A DNA stretch of 64,000 nucleotides, taken from contig WREK01000001.1 in the NCBI GenBank assembly GCA_009779355.1, forward strand, positions 8,654-72,653, written 5' to 3'. The DNA comes from Betaproteobacteria bacterium. Lineage in GTDB: Bacteria > Pseudomonadota > Gammaproteobacteria > Burkholderiales > Rhodocyclaceae. The notes under the pieces were generated by a model that did no database searches, was not told the origin of the DNA, and saw only the letters and a list, made by a program, of their open reading frames with translations. Below are positions 37,631 to 46,137 of this stretch, one piece after another. A program made the translations under genes and the position numbers. How positions within the stretch are numbered: the first letter of the stretch is position 1; each line of letters starts with the position of its first letter.

Positions 37631-37718
37631 TCCTTATACCGCCAGCCAGACGGCGACCATCGCCCGTCCTTATACCGCCAGCGGCCAACCACCCAGAATT
37701 CTTCCTTATACAGCCAAC
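37631..37718 (+). repeat. Three 16-bp direct repeats TCCTTATAC(C/A)GCCA(G/A)C at a 36-bp period
   Basis: Copies start at 37631, 37667 and 37703. Confidence 0.75.
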
Positions 37719-37779
37719 CTTCTGCAATAATAATATTTTATCGCGCTTGTTTTTTGGGCATCACAAGGGGAAGAAGGCT

Positions 37780-38190
37780 GTGAAAGAATCCATACAAATC
37801 ACCAAGGGGCTTGTCATCGCCGAGCCGTGGATCGACCATATTCTCAAAGGTGAGAAAGATTGGGAGATGCGAGCGAACGCAGTGAAGCATCGCGGCTGGT
37901 TCGGGCTTGTTCGCAAGGGTTCGGGTGCCGTGCATGGCGTTGCGAGGCTGATTGATGTCGGCGCACCGCTATCGCCGGACGAGATGATCGCGGCGATCAA
38001 AAGACATCGAATTCCCGAATATATGATTCGATCAGGTGAAGTGGCCAAGTGGAACACTCCCTGGAAGCTTGCGGACGTGCGACGGCTTGCTTCTCCGGTT
38101 CCTTACCGCCACCGCAAGGGTGCCGTCACATGGGTCGAACTGGATGCCGACGTGACGCACGCGATTGCACGCCAGTTGGGAAACGCTTGA
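37780..38190 (+). CDS. ASCH domain protein
   Basis: GLVIAEPWIDHILKGEKDWEMR (GxKxxExR). Confidence 0.8.
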   Translation: MKESIQITKGLVIAEPWIDHILKGEKDWEMRANAVKHRGWFGLVRKGSGAVHGVARLIDVGAPLSPDEMIAAIKRHRIPEYMIRSGEVAKWNTPWKLADVRRLASPVPYRHRKGAVTWVELDADVTHAIARQLGNA

Positions 38191-38248
38191 CTGCTTCCAG
38201 CCATACAGACTACAGTATCAACACTGTTGATACATAAAAGGATCAGGA

Positions 38249-38494
38249 ATGCGCGTAACCATTAAAAAGTGGGGCAACAGCGCATCTGTGCGCATTCCTG
38301 CCCCGATCATGCTTGCTGCCAACCTCCAAGTCGACGCCACCGTGGATGTGCGAGAGGAGAGCGGTTTAGTCGTCATTGAGCCAGTCGTGGCTGATGTCGG
38401 TTGCGACCTGAACGCCCTGATCGCAGGCATCACGCCAGAGAACCTGCACGACGAGGTTGATTTCGGCCCGGCTGTTGGCGGGGAAGCGTTTTGA
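38249..38494 (+). CDS. mazE: MazE/AbrB-family antitoxin
   Basis: KKWGNSASVRIP...ITPENLHDEVDFG..VGGE; palindrome GTATCAA-N5-TTGATAC upstream. Confidence 0.93.
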   Translation: MRVTIKKWGNSASVRIPAPIMLAANLQVDATVDVREESGLVVIEPVVADVGCDLNALIAGITPENLHDEVDFGPAVGGEAF

Positions 38495-38829
38495 TGGCCC
38501 GCTACATCCCGGACGCCGGAGATATTGTATGGCTGCAATTCAACCCGCAAGCTGGACACGAACAGGCGGGTCGTCGGCCAGCCATTGTCCTTAGTCCCGC
38601 GTCTTACAATGGGCGCGTTGGCTTGATGCTGTGCTGTCCGATGACGAGCCAAGCAAAGGATTATCCATTCGAGGTGATTTTGTCCAACAAGACGAGCGTG
38701 GTGCTGGCCGACCAAGTGAAAAGCGTCGCGTGGAGCGCCAGAAATGCGGAATTCAAAGAAAAGGCAACGCCGGCTGAGTTGTCGGAGGTTCGCAGAAAGG
38801 CGGCGCTGCTGATCGGTGTTGCGCAGTGA
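38491..38829 (+). CDS. mazF: MazF/PemK endoribonuclease toxin
   Basis: GDIVWLQFNPQAGHEQAGRRPAIVLSP..YN..CCPMTSQ..YPFEV..DQVKS. Confidence 0.95.
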   Translation: MMARYIPDAGDIVWLQFNPQAGHEQAGRRPAIVLSPASYNGRVGLMLCCPMTSQAKDYPFEVILSNKTSVVLADQVKSVAWSARNAEFKEKATPAELSEVRRKAALLIGVAQ

Positions 38830-39116
38830 TTCGCCTGCTTCTCGTCATCATCGCGGCCATGATTGCAACTACAGCAGTCGCCAAAACGCACCGCGATCCG
38901 GCAATGCGACGCCAATTCATGTATGACAACCCGTGTCCGGCTACTGGCAGCACCAAGGGCGCTTGTCCTGGCTGGCAGGTGGATCACGTCGTTCCGCTGA
39001 AGTGTGGTGGTGCCGACGCTCCGGCCAACATGCAATGGCTGACCATCGGGGATCACAAGGCAAAGACCAAGCGCGAGGCGAAATCGTGCAGGGCGAAGAG
39101 CGCGAGGAGAAGGTGA
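38826..39116 (+). CDS. Small HNH-like protein with signal peptide
   Basis: Hydrophobic N-terminus; CPATG..CPGWQVDHVVPLKCGGAD..NMQWL. Confidence 0.75.
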   Translation: MIRLLLVIIAAMIATTAVAKTHRDPAMRRQFMYDNPCPATGSTKGACPGWQVDHVVPLKCGGADAPANMQWLTIGDHKAKTKREAKSCRAKSARRR

Positions 39117-39266
39117 GAACCGCCCCGCGTCGTCGGCCAGGGCGGGCGACACCAGCTTCCAGCGAACTAAGCCTGGAAATGATCTCGTCGTTCTGAACAC
39201 GCATGGCTGAAAGCTCGGCCTGAATCCGCTTGAGGTGTTCCACTATGAGATTTTCGACCTGATCGG

Positions 39267-39458
39267 TCATGATGGCTCCCTTGAGCAAGTGTGGCCGCCC
39301 TTTGTTGGAAGCGCAACCGTCTTACGGCGCGTCCTGTCGGTGTCATCAGAGCCGCATTCGGGGCATTCAAGCGCGTCGGCGCCAAGAGGCCACACGGCGA
39401 TCCACTCGTAGTCACACTCAAAGCACTCTGCCGTGCCGGAACACCATTGCTCGTTCAT
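39267..39458 (-). CDS. Small Zn-ribbon protein
   Basis: CxxC..CPxC; overlaps the helicase stop. Confidence 0.5.
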   Translation of the reverse strand: MNEQWCSGTAECFECDYEWIAVWPLGADALECPECGSDDTDRTRRKTVALPTKGGHTCSREPS

Positions 39459-41071
39459 GCTGCTTTCCTTTCAAATCCAAGCGCCTCGAAATCGAAGTCG
39501 TCCCTGACGACATTCTCACCAAAACCTTCTGTCTCCAGAATGATCCGGTAGCGCTGCATAGCGTGGCTCTTGGTGTGGTTGTTGAATGGGTCGGTGAAAT
39601 CCACGATCAGGGCGACATTCGGGCCGTTCTTCTTGGCCCGCAGCCCGCGACCGATGCGCTGGCGTAGAGCAACTTCAGCCTTACCACCACCAGCGAGAAT
39701 GATCAAACCCACCGCCGGCACGTCGACGCCCACGTCCAAAATAGTTGTCCCAATCAGGGCGTCAATCTTGCCCGTGGCGAGCTTGTTGAGCGCCCGCTTG
39801 CGTTCTGTCTGGTCGTTTTCGCCCTGAATGAACTCAACCGCAAGACCTTTCGCTTTCAGGAGGTTTTGAAGTATCTCGCCATGCTTCTTCTGCTGGATTA
39901 GCACCATCGAGGATAGACCGTAGCGAGCGGCGCGGGCGACCTCGGCGACAATGGCCTGGTTACGCTCCTCATTATCGACGATCCCGATGCGGTAGGCAGA
40001 CTGCCAGCCGGTGCCACGCAGAAGCTTGAGAGGCTTCTTCTTGAGGTCGATCACCTTGAAGTAGGGTTTGGCAAGGATCTCGCGGTCGATCAGCATCTTT
40101 TCCGTGACCTTAATCGCAATAGGGCCAGAGCTTGCCATCAGACGCATGTTGGCTTCTTCGTCGTCTTTCATGAACGGGGTGCCAGTGAGCGCCAGGCGGT
40201 AATGAGCGTTCTTGCAGTGGCGCAGAATCTCGAAGTAGGAGTTGCCGGACGCTTCGTGCGCTTCTTCCAGGATCACGAACTCGAACTTGGCGAGCAGGCT
40301 GATCGTCTGTTGGCGGACCGCGTTCTGTTCAGCGCATTTGCGCTCGGCGGCAGCTTTCATTTTCTCCGCATCGGCTTTCGAGGCTCTTTTTTTGTCCGCG
40401 AAATCGTATAGTTTTTCAAATTCGCGCTCCACGGTGGTTTCTTCGAGACGGCTCATGAGGGTCTGCACCATGCCGACACACATTTTCTTCACAGCCTGCT
40501 GACCTGCCGCATTGACATGACCAAACTGACCGTCGCCAAGCACGCTGCAAGGCACGCCAAGATCGCGCTCGAAGGCTTCCTTCATCTGATACATCAGAAT
40601 GCCGCGTGTGGTCAGAAAAAGAGTAGGGCGGTTGATTCTGGCGAACGCAAGGCGGGCCACGAGCGATTTTCCGCCACCTGTCGCCACCTGAGCGATTATC
40701 TGCTTGTGCTTCACCAGTCGGCGAACTACTTCCATCTGGTAGTCGTAGCGTGGATCTTCCGGGAAGCTGCCGACTCTGGGATTCTCTGGACCAAGTGGAA
40801 TCGGCGCCGGCTTGGTGACGAAGCGCACTTCGTAGCCCTTGCGTCGCAGATTGGCGCCGACAAAATGCACGAAACCAGCAGGGAACACACCACTGCGAAA
40901 GTCGAGAAAAGACGATCTTCCATCCCAATTTCCTGACTTGAAGGCTGACGAGTGTTCGGCGCCTTCAACCCGGTAGCTCAGTATTCGCTGAACCTCCAAT
41001 TTTGCTTGACGCGATGGTTCGTGCAGTTTTGCATTTACGGCACTGCTCGCAATCGTAACTATTTCGGTCAT
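39455..41071 (-). CDS. Superfamily 2 helicase (UvsW-like)
   Basis: YQ, ATGGGKS, EEAH, LTGTP, GVDVP and QRIGRGLR motifs. Confidence 0.92.
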   Translation of the reverse strand: MTEIVTIASSAVNAKLHEPSRQAKLEVQRILSYRVEGAEHSSAFKSGNWDGRSSFLDFRSGVFPAGFVHFVGANLRRKGYEVRFVTKPAPIPLGPENPRVGSFPEDPRYDYQMEVVRRLVKHKQIIAQVATGGGKSLVARLAFARINRPTLFLTTRGILMYQMKEAFERDLGVPCSVLGDGQFGHVNAAGQQAVKKMCVGMVQTLMSRLEETTVEREFEKLYDFADKKRASKADAEKMKAAAERKCAEQNAVRQQTISLLAKFEFVILEEAHEASGNSYFEILRHCKNAHYRLALTGTPFMKDDEEANMRLMASSGPIAIKVTEKMLIDREILAKPYFKVIDLKKKPLKLLRGTGWQSAYRIGIVDNEERNQAIVAEVARAARYGLSSMVLIQQKKHGEILQNLLKAKGLAVEFIQGENDQTERKRALNKLATGKIDALIGTTILDVGVDVPAVGLIILAGGGKAEVALRQRIGRGLRAKKNGPNVALIVDFTDPFNNHTKSHAMQRYRIILETEGFGENVVRDDFDFEALGFERKAA

Positions 41072-41143
41072 TTGGCTATTGCTTTCTAAATACTCTTGGG
41101 TTAAATTTCCAGTCAGTCCTTACTAGAATATTTTACTTCATAG

Positions 41144-41797
41144 ATGTCCAACACGCTTAACGTCGAGCACATTGCTGTTGATGCTCTGCGCCCCAACGCC
41201 TTCAACACCAATGTCGTCTCGCCCGACAATGAATCCAAGCTGGAAGAGAGCATCCGGCGCCTCGGCATGTTCAAGCCGGTTATCGCCCGCGAACTGCACG
41301 ACGGCACGCTTGAGATCATCGGTGGCGAACACCGCGCAGGCGCAGCGAAGCGCATGGGCATCAAGACTGTTCCGGTCATTAACCTCGGGCGCATCGACGA
41401 CAACAAAGCGAAGGAAATCAGCTTGGTCGATAACGGGCGCTACGGAACCGATGACACGCTACAGCTCGCTCAACTTCTCGAAGAACTTGGCAATGCGGAT
41501 GAACTGGCGTCCTTTATGCCTTACTCCGACAACGATCTAGCGACAATCTTTGCGTCGGTAAATATAGCGCTCGATGACTTAGATTTACCGGACGATGAAG
41601 AAAAAGCCCCAAGCCTGAAAGAGAAACCGATTCAGGCGCATCAAATCGTCCGCTTCAAAATTCCGGTCGATGACGCTTCGTGGCTGACGAGTTTGGTGGA
41701 AAAGACCATGAAGGCGCAGAAATTCACCGAGTCCGACAGCCTGACCAATGCTGGCGACGCGCTCGTCTATCTGCTTGGGCAAGCGAATCAAGAATGA
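41144..41797 (+). CDS. ParB N-terminal (ParB/Srx) domain protein
   Basis: LRPN.FNTN..LEESIRRLG..P..EIIGGEHR. Confidence 0.85.
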   Translation: MSNTLNVEHIAVDALRPNAFNTNVVSPDNESKLEESIRRLGMFKPVIARELHDGTLEIIGGEHRAGAAKRMGIKTVPVINLGRIDDNKAKEISLVDNGRYGTDDTLQLAQLLEELGNADELASFMPYSDNDLATIFASVNIALDDLDLPDDEEKAPSLKEKPIQAHQIVRFKIPVDDASWLTSLVEKTMKAQKFTESDSLTNAGDALVYLLGQANQE

Positions 41798-41961
41798 ACC
41801 ACAGACACCCATTCTCGCCGGAGTGCGAGGGCTGCATTAACGAAAGGTTCGATCCGTTCCGGTGCGAAACATGCGCTGGCGGTCGCAACTATGAGAGCGA
41901 GGACACCAGCGAAGAGCTGACCTACGCCGAATTCAAGGACTTGTTCAAGGAAGTAGCATGA
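41794..41961 (+). CDS. Small Cys-rich protein
   Basis: CxxC..CxxC; ATGA overlaps at both ends. Confidence 0.5.
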   Translation: MNHRHPFSPECEGCINERFDPFRCETCAGGRNYESEDTSEELTYAEFKDLFKEVA

Positions 41962-42164
41962 CAACCGACACCATTGCCACTATTGCCTACGCCCGTGATG
42001 CTGACGGAGAGCTGAGAGCGTTCGAGGTTGAGGCGAAATCCTACGGCGAAGCCATCGAGGCGGTGAAAGAGGAACTGGGTGTCAGTCGCGCTATGTGTGT
42101 TGTGCACAAGAAATGCGGAGGAAAAGGCAGAAACCCTAACTCGAAAAAGAAAGCGGCAGCATGA
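41958..42164 (+). CDS. Small hypothetical protein
   Basis: ATGA overlaps. Confidence 0.55.
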   Translation: MTTDTIATIAYARDADGELRAFEVEAKSYGEAIEAVKEELGVSRAMCVVHKKCGGKGRNPNSKKKAAA

Positions 42165-42823
42165 CTGATCCAAAAATTGAGAAGTGGGAAGTCTCACGTC
42201 TCACTCCTTACGAAAACAACGTCAAAAAGCACGACCAAAAACAGGTCAATAAGATCGCCGAATCTATCAGGCGGTTTGGCTGGCGCGGTAATCCGATTCT
42301 CGTTGATGAGAATGGCGTCATCATCGCCGGTCACGGCAGACGCTTGGCCGCAATGAAGCTCGGTCTGATCGAAGTGCCGGTAGAGGTTATCGTCGGCAAG
42401 ACCGAGGATGAGATCAACGCCCTGCGCTTGGCTGACAACCGCGTAGCCATTGGTGAATACGACAGCGACTTGCTGCAAGCTGAACTTGCCAACATCGACT
42501 TCGACCTCGACGGCATTTTTGACAAGAAAGAACTGGACTTCCTGGTTGCCGATCTTGCAGAAATGAAAACCGAAGCTTTTGTTCTCGACCTGGACGAAGA
42601 GGTCAAAGCGCAAGCTGAAGCGACCACGAAAAAGATCGCGGAGGCCGATGAGAAGCTTGTCAAGATCGAGAAGGCGCTTGGCTTCAAACAAATTCAAGGA
42701 CGGGACGAGCGATGGGTCGCTCGGTTCATGGCGCAAATTGAGGCTGAGACGGGCAAGATTGGCGCCGAAGCGTTTGTCGGGTTCGTGCGGAATCTAATGC
42801 AAGCGCAAGCGGCTGCGGCATAA
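42161..42823 (+). CDS. ParB N-terminal domain protein
   Basis: LTPYENN..H..QV..IA.SI..FGW..PILVD..IIAGHGR..LADNR. Confidence 0.9.
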   Translation: MTDPKIEKWEVSRLTPYENNVKKHDQKQVNKIAESIRRFGWRGNPILVDENGVIIAGHGRRLAAMKLGLIEVPVEVIVGKTEDEINALRLADNRVAIGEYDSDLLQAELANIDFDLDGIFDKKELDFLVADLAEMKTEAFVLDLDEEVKAQAEATTKKIAEADEKLVKIEKALGFKQIQGRDERWVARFMAQIEAETGKIGAEAFVGFVRNLMQAQAAAA

Positions 42824-42828
42824 GGGGG

Positions 42829-43203
42829 ATGGCGATGATTGATCCCTACAAGAAGATGCCCAAGACGCTGCGAGTTGGCTGCTACCAGTTCGATGTTGAA
42901 CTACATGAACGTGGAGACGCCGAAGCAGAGCACTCGTTCGGCCATATGAATCCAATCAACCAAAAGATCAGGCTGCGCACTGGCATGAAGCGGCAAACCC
43001 TTGCCAACACCTTTATCCATGAGGTCATGCACGCGATTTTCTGGCACCAAGCCGTTGGGATCGCTGGCAGAGAGGGTGACGGCTGTCTTGGAGAAGAGGA
43101 AATCGTCCTCAAGCTCTCCAACGGCCTGTGCGCGTTCTGGCAAGACAATCCCGAGGCAGTCGCTTGGTGGCAGAGTCTCACGAAGCTGGAGAGCCGTTCG
43201 TGA
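42829..43203 (+). CDS. Zincin-like (HExxH) protein
   Basis: TFIHEVMHAI...EE. Confidence 0.7.
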   Translation: MAMIDPYKKMPKTLRVGCYQFDVELHERGDAEAEHSFGHMNPINQKIRLRTGMKRQTLANTFIHEVMHAIFWHQAVGIAGREGDGCLGEEEIVLKLSNGLCAFWQDNPEAVAWWQSLTKLESRS

Positions 43204-43868
43204 GCGTCTATCACATCGACAAACGCTTCCACACCGAAGTCGAACGAACTGATCGGGTGCTGGAGATCGCAGAGGCTTTTGGTTTGGGCCTGGATGACAA
43301 AGAATTCGTTGTTTTTGACAACCAGCCTATCGAGATCGAGCAAGGCGACGTGGTGTATGTCACCGGCGAATCCGGTTCTGGCAAATCCACCGTTCTGCGC
43401 GAATTGGTTGGCAAGATGGAGGCAGATGGTCTGAAGGTCGCCGACATCGACAAGGTGGAACTGCTCGACAAGCCGCTGATTGACCAGATCGGCGCCGATA
43501 CGGGCGAAGCATTGAATCTTCTGTCCATCGCTGGCCTGAATGATGCCTACCTGTTCATCCGCAAGCCAAAGGAGCTGTCTGACGGCCAACGCTATCGCTT
43601 CCGCCTTGCAAAAATCATCGAGAGTGCCGCGAAGGTGTGGGTCGCCGATGAGTTCCTTGCAGTTCTGGATCGAACAACGGCCAAGGTGATCGCGTTCAAC
43701 CTGCAAAAAGTTGCACGAAGGGTTGGCGCAACGGTTCTGGTTGCCACCACGCACACGGATATGGTCGCCGACCTGGCGCCGAATTTATATATCGAAAAAC
43801 GCTACCGGGAGAAGATCCACATCGTTCGCTCCCAAGAAGGCTACAAGACACTGGAGACGACGCAATGA
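43200..43868 (+). CDS. Stand-alone ABC-type ATPase
   Basis: GESGSGKS, LSDGQ signature, DEF..LD, ATTH; no permease gene nearby. Confidence 0.9.
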   Translation: MSVYHIDKRFHTEVERTDRVLEIAEAFGLGLDDKEFVVFDNQPIEIEQGDVVYVTGESGSGKSTVLRELVGKMEADGLKVADIDKVELLDKPLIDQIGADTGEALNLLSIAGLNDAYLFIRKPKELSDGQRYRFRLAKIIESAAKVWVADEFLAVLDRTTAKVIAFNLQKVARRVGATVLVATTHTDMVADLAPNLYIEKRYREKIHIVRSQEGYKTLETTQ

Positions 43869-44131
43869 GCAAGGAAATTATCGTTTTCACGAGCGCCGCA
43901 TGCGCGCCGTGCAAGCAACTGAAGCCCGAGTTGGAATTTCAGGCCGGGCATCGCGGCTTTCCGTTGCGCTTCATTGAGATGAGCATCGCCAACCAAGCGG
44001 AATTCATGAAATACGAGGTTCGCAGTGTGCCGACCGTGGTTTGCCACGATGGCGAGAAGGAAGTTGGGCGCTTCCTTGGGGCAATGACACCCACGGCAGT
44101 CGAATCCAAGCTCGCTGAGTGGGGTCTGTAA
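43865..44131 (+). CDS. Thioredoxin-like protein
   Basis: CAPC and VRSVPT motifs. Confidence 0.85.
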   Translation: MSKEIIVFTSAACAPCKQLKPELEFQAGHRGFPLRFIEMSIANQAEFMKYEVRSVPTVVCHDGEKEVGRFLGAMTPTAVESKLAEWGL

Positions 44132-44241
44132 TGCTTTCGCGCTGCCTCGGAACGCTTACTGGTTGGACTCTTGTTGCCTTGAAGCTGTTTTCGCGCGACG
44201 GTGACGACGTGACTTGGCGACAAGATAGGTTTGCCGCATGA
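44131..44241 (+). CDS. 36-aa small protein (not in ORF track)
   Basis: TAATG and ATGA coupling on both sides; MLSRCLGTLTGWTLVALKLF... Confidence 0.45.
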   Translation: MLSRCLGTLTGWTLVALKLFSRDGDDVTWRQDRFAA

Positions 44242-45191
44242 CGCGCGCAGCTAGCGATTCGATGGTCGTTCTGGACAACGAGGACATTTTGGTCGAGCGT
44301 CACAAGATGCCCGACAAGCACGCCCTGTCGCTGTTGCCGGAAATCTACGTCGAGCGCGGCACCAAAGACGACTGGGATTTGCTGCACGAACTGCACTACA
44401 AGGCTGAAAACCTTGGCATCGGGCCGAGGATCTTCCGCTGTGTGCTGAACGGTCGAACTATCGGCGCCGGAGTGATGACTGTGCCGAAAATGCTGCTGTC
44501 TGGCCGGAACGAACTTTTCACCAACCTGCGTCCAAACCAAGGCGGGCGCGACACCAAGATCATCAACAAGTATCGGGCTGAGTGGATCAACGCACACGCT
44601 TGCACGAACAGTCGCCTGGTGTTGGACACAGTGTATCGCGGCGCCGGAATTGCCTACCGAATGCAGAACCTCATGATGCGAATGACTGGCTGCAAACTGA
44701 TCGAATTTCAGTCCTCGATGTCGAAGTTCAACCCGTTTGCGGCAAAAGCGGGTATTCGTTTCACTCGCCCAAGACGTTCGGCAAGCTATGAGCGCGGTTT
44801 GGCATGGTTTCGCCGCTGGTTCGAGTCCATCCCGACCGATTACGTTGGGATCATGGCCGAAATCGACGCTATGTCGCCGGTGGCACGCGGCAAGTGCGTC
44901 GCCGAAATGCGGAAGTTCTACTACGACTTTAGTTCGATGGAGAAGTCAGGTGACAACCGCATGAACGGCACTCGCCGCGTCGATGCGCTGCCGGTCGGTA
45001 AGCTCCTCAAAAATCTTCAGCAGTTGGTGTTCGCCAGCCCGCTGTATGGCGTCTACGCAAATCCCGACTACAACAGCGCCAAAAAGTGTCCGGTGAAGCT
45101 CCCTGAGCGACTACCCCTTTTGGCGTTCGATAACCAGCCCACAGACGCCCCTCTCGACCTTTCTAAGCTGCTAGATGCCCATGAACGATAA
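44238..45191 (+). CDS. GNAT-like acyltransferase (ABC-ATPase-associated)
   Basis: LHELHY; SRLVLDTVYRGAGIA (acyl-CoA motif A); MSKFNPF..KAG. Confidence 0.75.
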   Translation: MTRAASDSMVVLDNEDILVERHKMPDKHALSLLPEIYVERGTKDDWDLLHELHYKAENLGIGPRIFRCVLNGRTIGAGVMTVPKMLLSGRNELFTNLRPNQGGRDTKIINKYRAEWINAHACTNSRLVLDTVYRGAGIAYRMQNLMMRMTGCKLIEFQSSMSKFNPFAAKAGIRFTRPRRSASYERGLAWFRRWFESIPTDYVGIMAEIDAMSPVARGKCVAEMRKFYYDFSSMEKSGDNRMNGTRRVDALPVGKLLKNLQQLVFASPLYGVYANPDYNSAKKCPVKLPERLPLLAFDNQPTDAPLDLSKLLDAHER

Positions 45192-45537
45192 ACGATTGAG
45201 TGACAAACAGCTCGAAGTGCTGCGCGTCCTTGTCGAAGGCAACACGGACGGGAGTTTCGTCGATATGGATGAGCTGCTGGAGCGCGTCAATTACAAACCA
45301 ACAAAGGCTTCGATGCACTTCTCAATCCGCCATCTGATCAAGCGTGACCTGATTGAGAAGAAAGGCACGGAAATGCGCCGGGGTCGGCACCGAAGCATCC
45401 TTGGGGCGACTGTCTTGGGGCATCACTTCGCTAGAGCCAACATGACCTCTCCTGCTGCCGCGATTCTTGGGGCCGAGGATGATCTCCTTGAGCTTGGGGA
45501 TTCCTTGGGAGCCGAGACATCTTTCGGTATATATTAG
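45175..45537 (+). CDS. Winged-helix transcriptional regulator
   Basis: LSDKQLEVL...TKASMHFSIRHLIKRDLIEK...T.LG. Confidence 0.7.
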   Translation: MPMNDKRLSDKQLEVLRVLVEGNTDGSFVDMDELLERVNYKPTKASMHFSIRHLIKRDLIEKKGTEMRRGRHRSILGATVLGHHFARANMTSPAAAILGAEDDLLELGDSLGAETSFGIY

Positions 45538-45558
45538 ATATAAAGGTTGTAGTAAGTA

Positions 45559-45975
45559 ATGACTATAAATAATATTACCGAAACAGACCTCGGCCCCCAA
45601 GAGTCCCAAGTAAAGATCGTCGGAATGGAATTCATCGCCGGCCCCAATGGAAACGATGAAATCTCCCAAGCGCTCGGCTACGAGGTTATGCACCTGCCCG
45701 ACAATAAAACGTATCGCACGCGCGTCGGCCACATGGCTCACCGACAGCCGGATTACTGCGCCGATGTGGTGTTCTGTCTGAACGAGCTTAAACTGCGCGG
45801 TGTCGTGCCATTTGTTTTGCCAACAGAGAAGGCGAAGCGTGCAAAGAAGTTTGAGCCTGGCTTTGTTGCCTTGTTCGAGATCGACGATGAATTGCACATG
45901 ACGGAACCGCAAGCGACCGAGGCCGCTGCTGCCGCCTGCGTTCTTTGGTTTGTTGCAAATTCTAGTAAATTCTGA
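45559..45975 (+). CDS. Hypothetical protein
   Basis: ORF flanked by two operator copies; start uncertain. Confidence 0.5.
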   Translation: MTINNITETDLGPQESQVKIVGMEFIAGPNGNDEISQALGYEVMHLPDNKTYRTRVGHMAHRQPDYCADVVFCLNELKLRGVVPFVLPTEKAKRAKKFEPGFVALFEIDDELHMTEPQATEAAAAACVLWFVANSSKF

Positions 45976-45976
45976 C

Positions 45977-46066
45977 TTGACAAAATCGTAGCAACTCAAT
46001 ATGATTGCGTCAGTGGTTAACGGTTTCTCCTCCAAGCGGGCGCACACCCCTGGCGCCCCTTTTTTT
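45977..46066 (+). ncRNA. Candidate small RNA or terminated late leader
   Basis: TTGACA-17-TATGAT; GGTTTCTCCTCC at 46022-46033; GGGCGC/GCGCCC stem followed by T7. Confidence 0.55.
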
Positions 46067-46137
46067 CGTCTGGTTTGTCAGATAAGCAAAAAGGGAACTG
46101 ACGACATGACGTGAGAAAAAAGAGGACTTTGCTTGAA

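Noticed and set aside
37631-37718. CRISPR or TIGR array
   Set aside because: Only three 16-bp repeats, no convincing second internal repeat, and no cas or Nop-domain gene in the window
43200-43868. ABC transporter
   Set aside because: No permease or substrate-binding gene nearby; the context is a phage ParB/GNAT cluster
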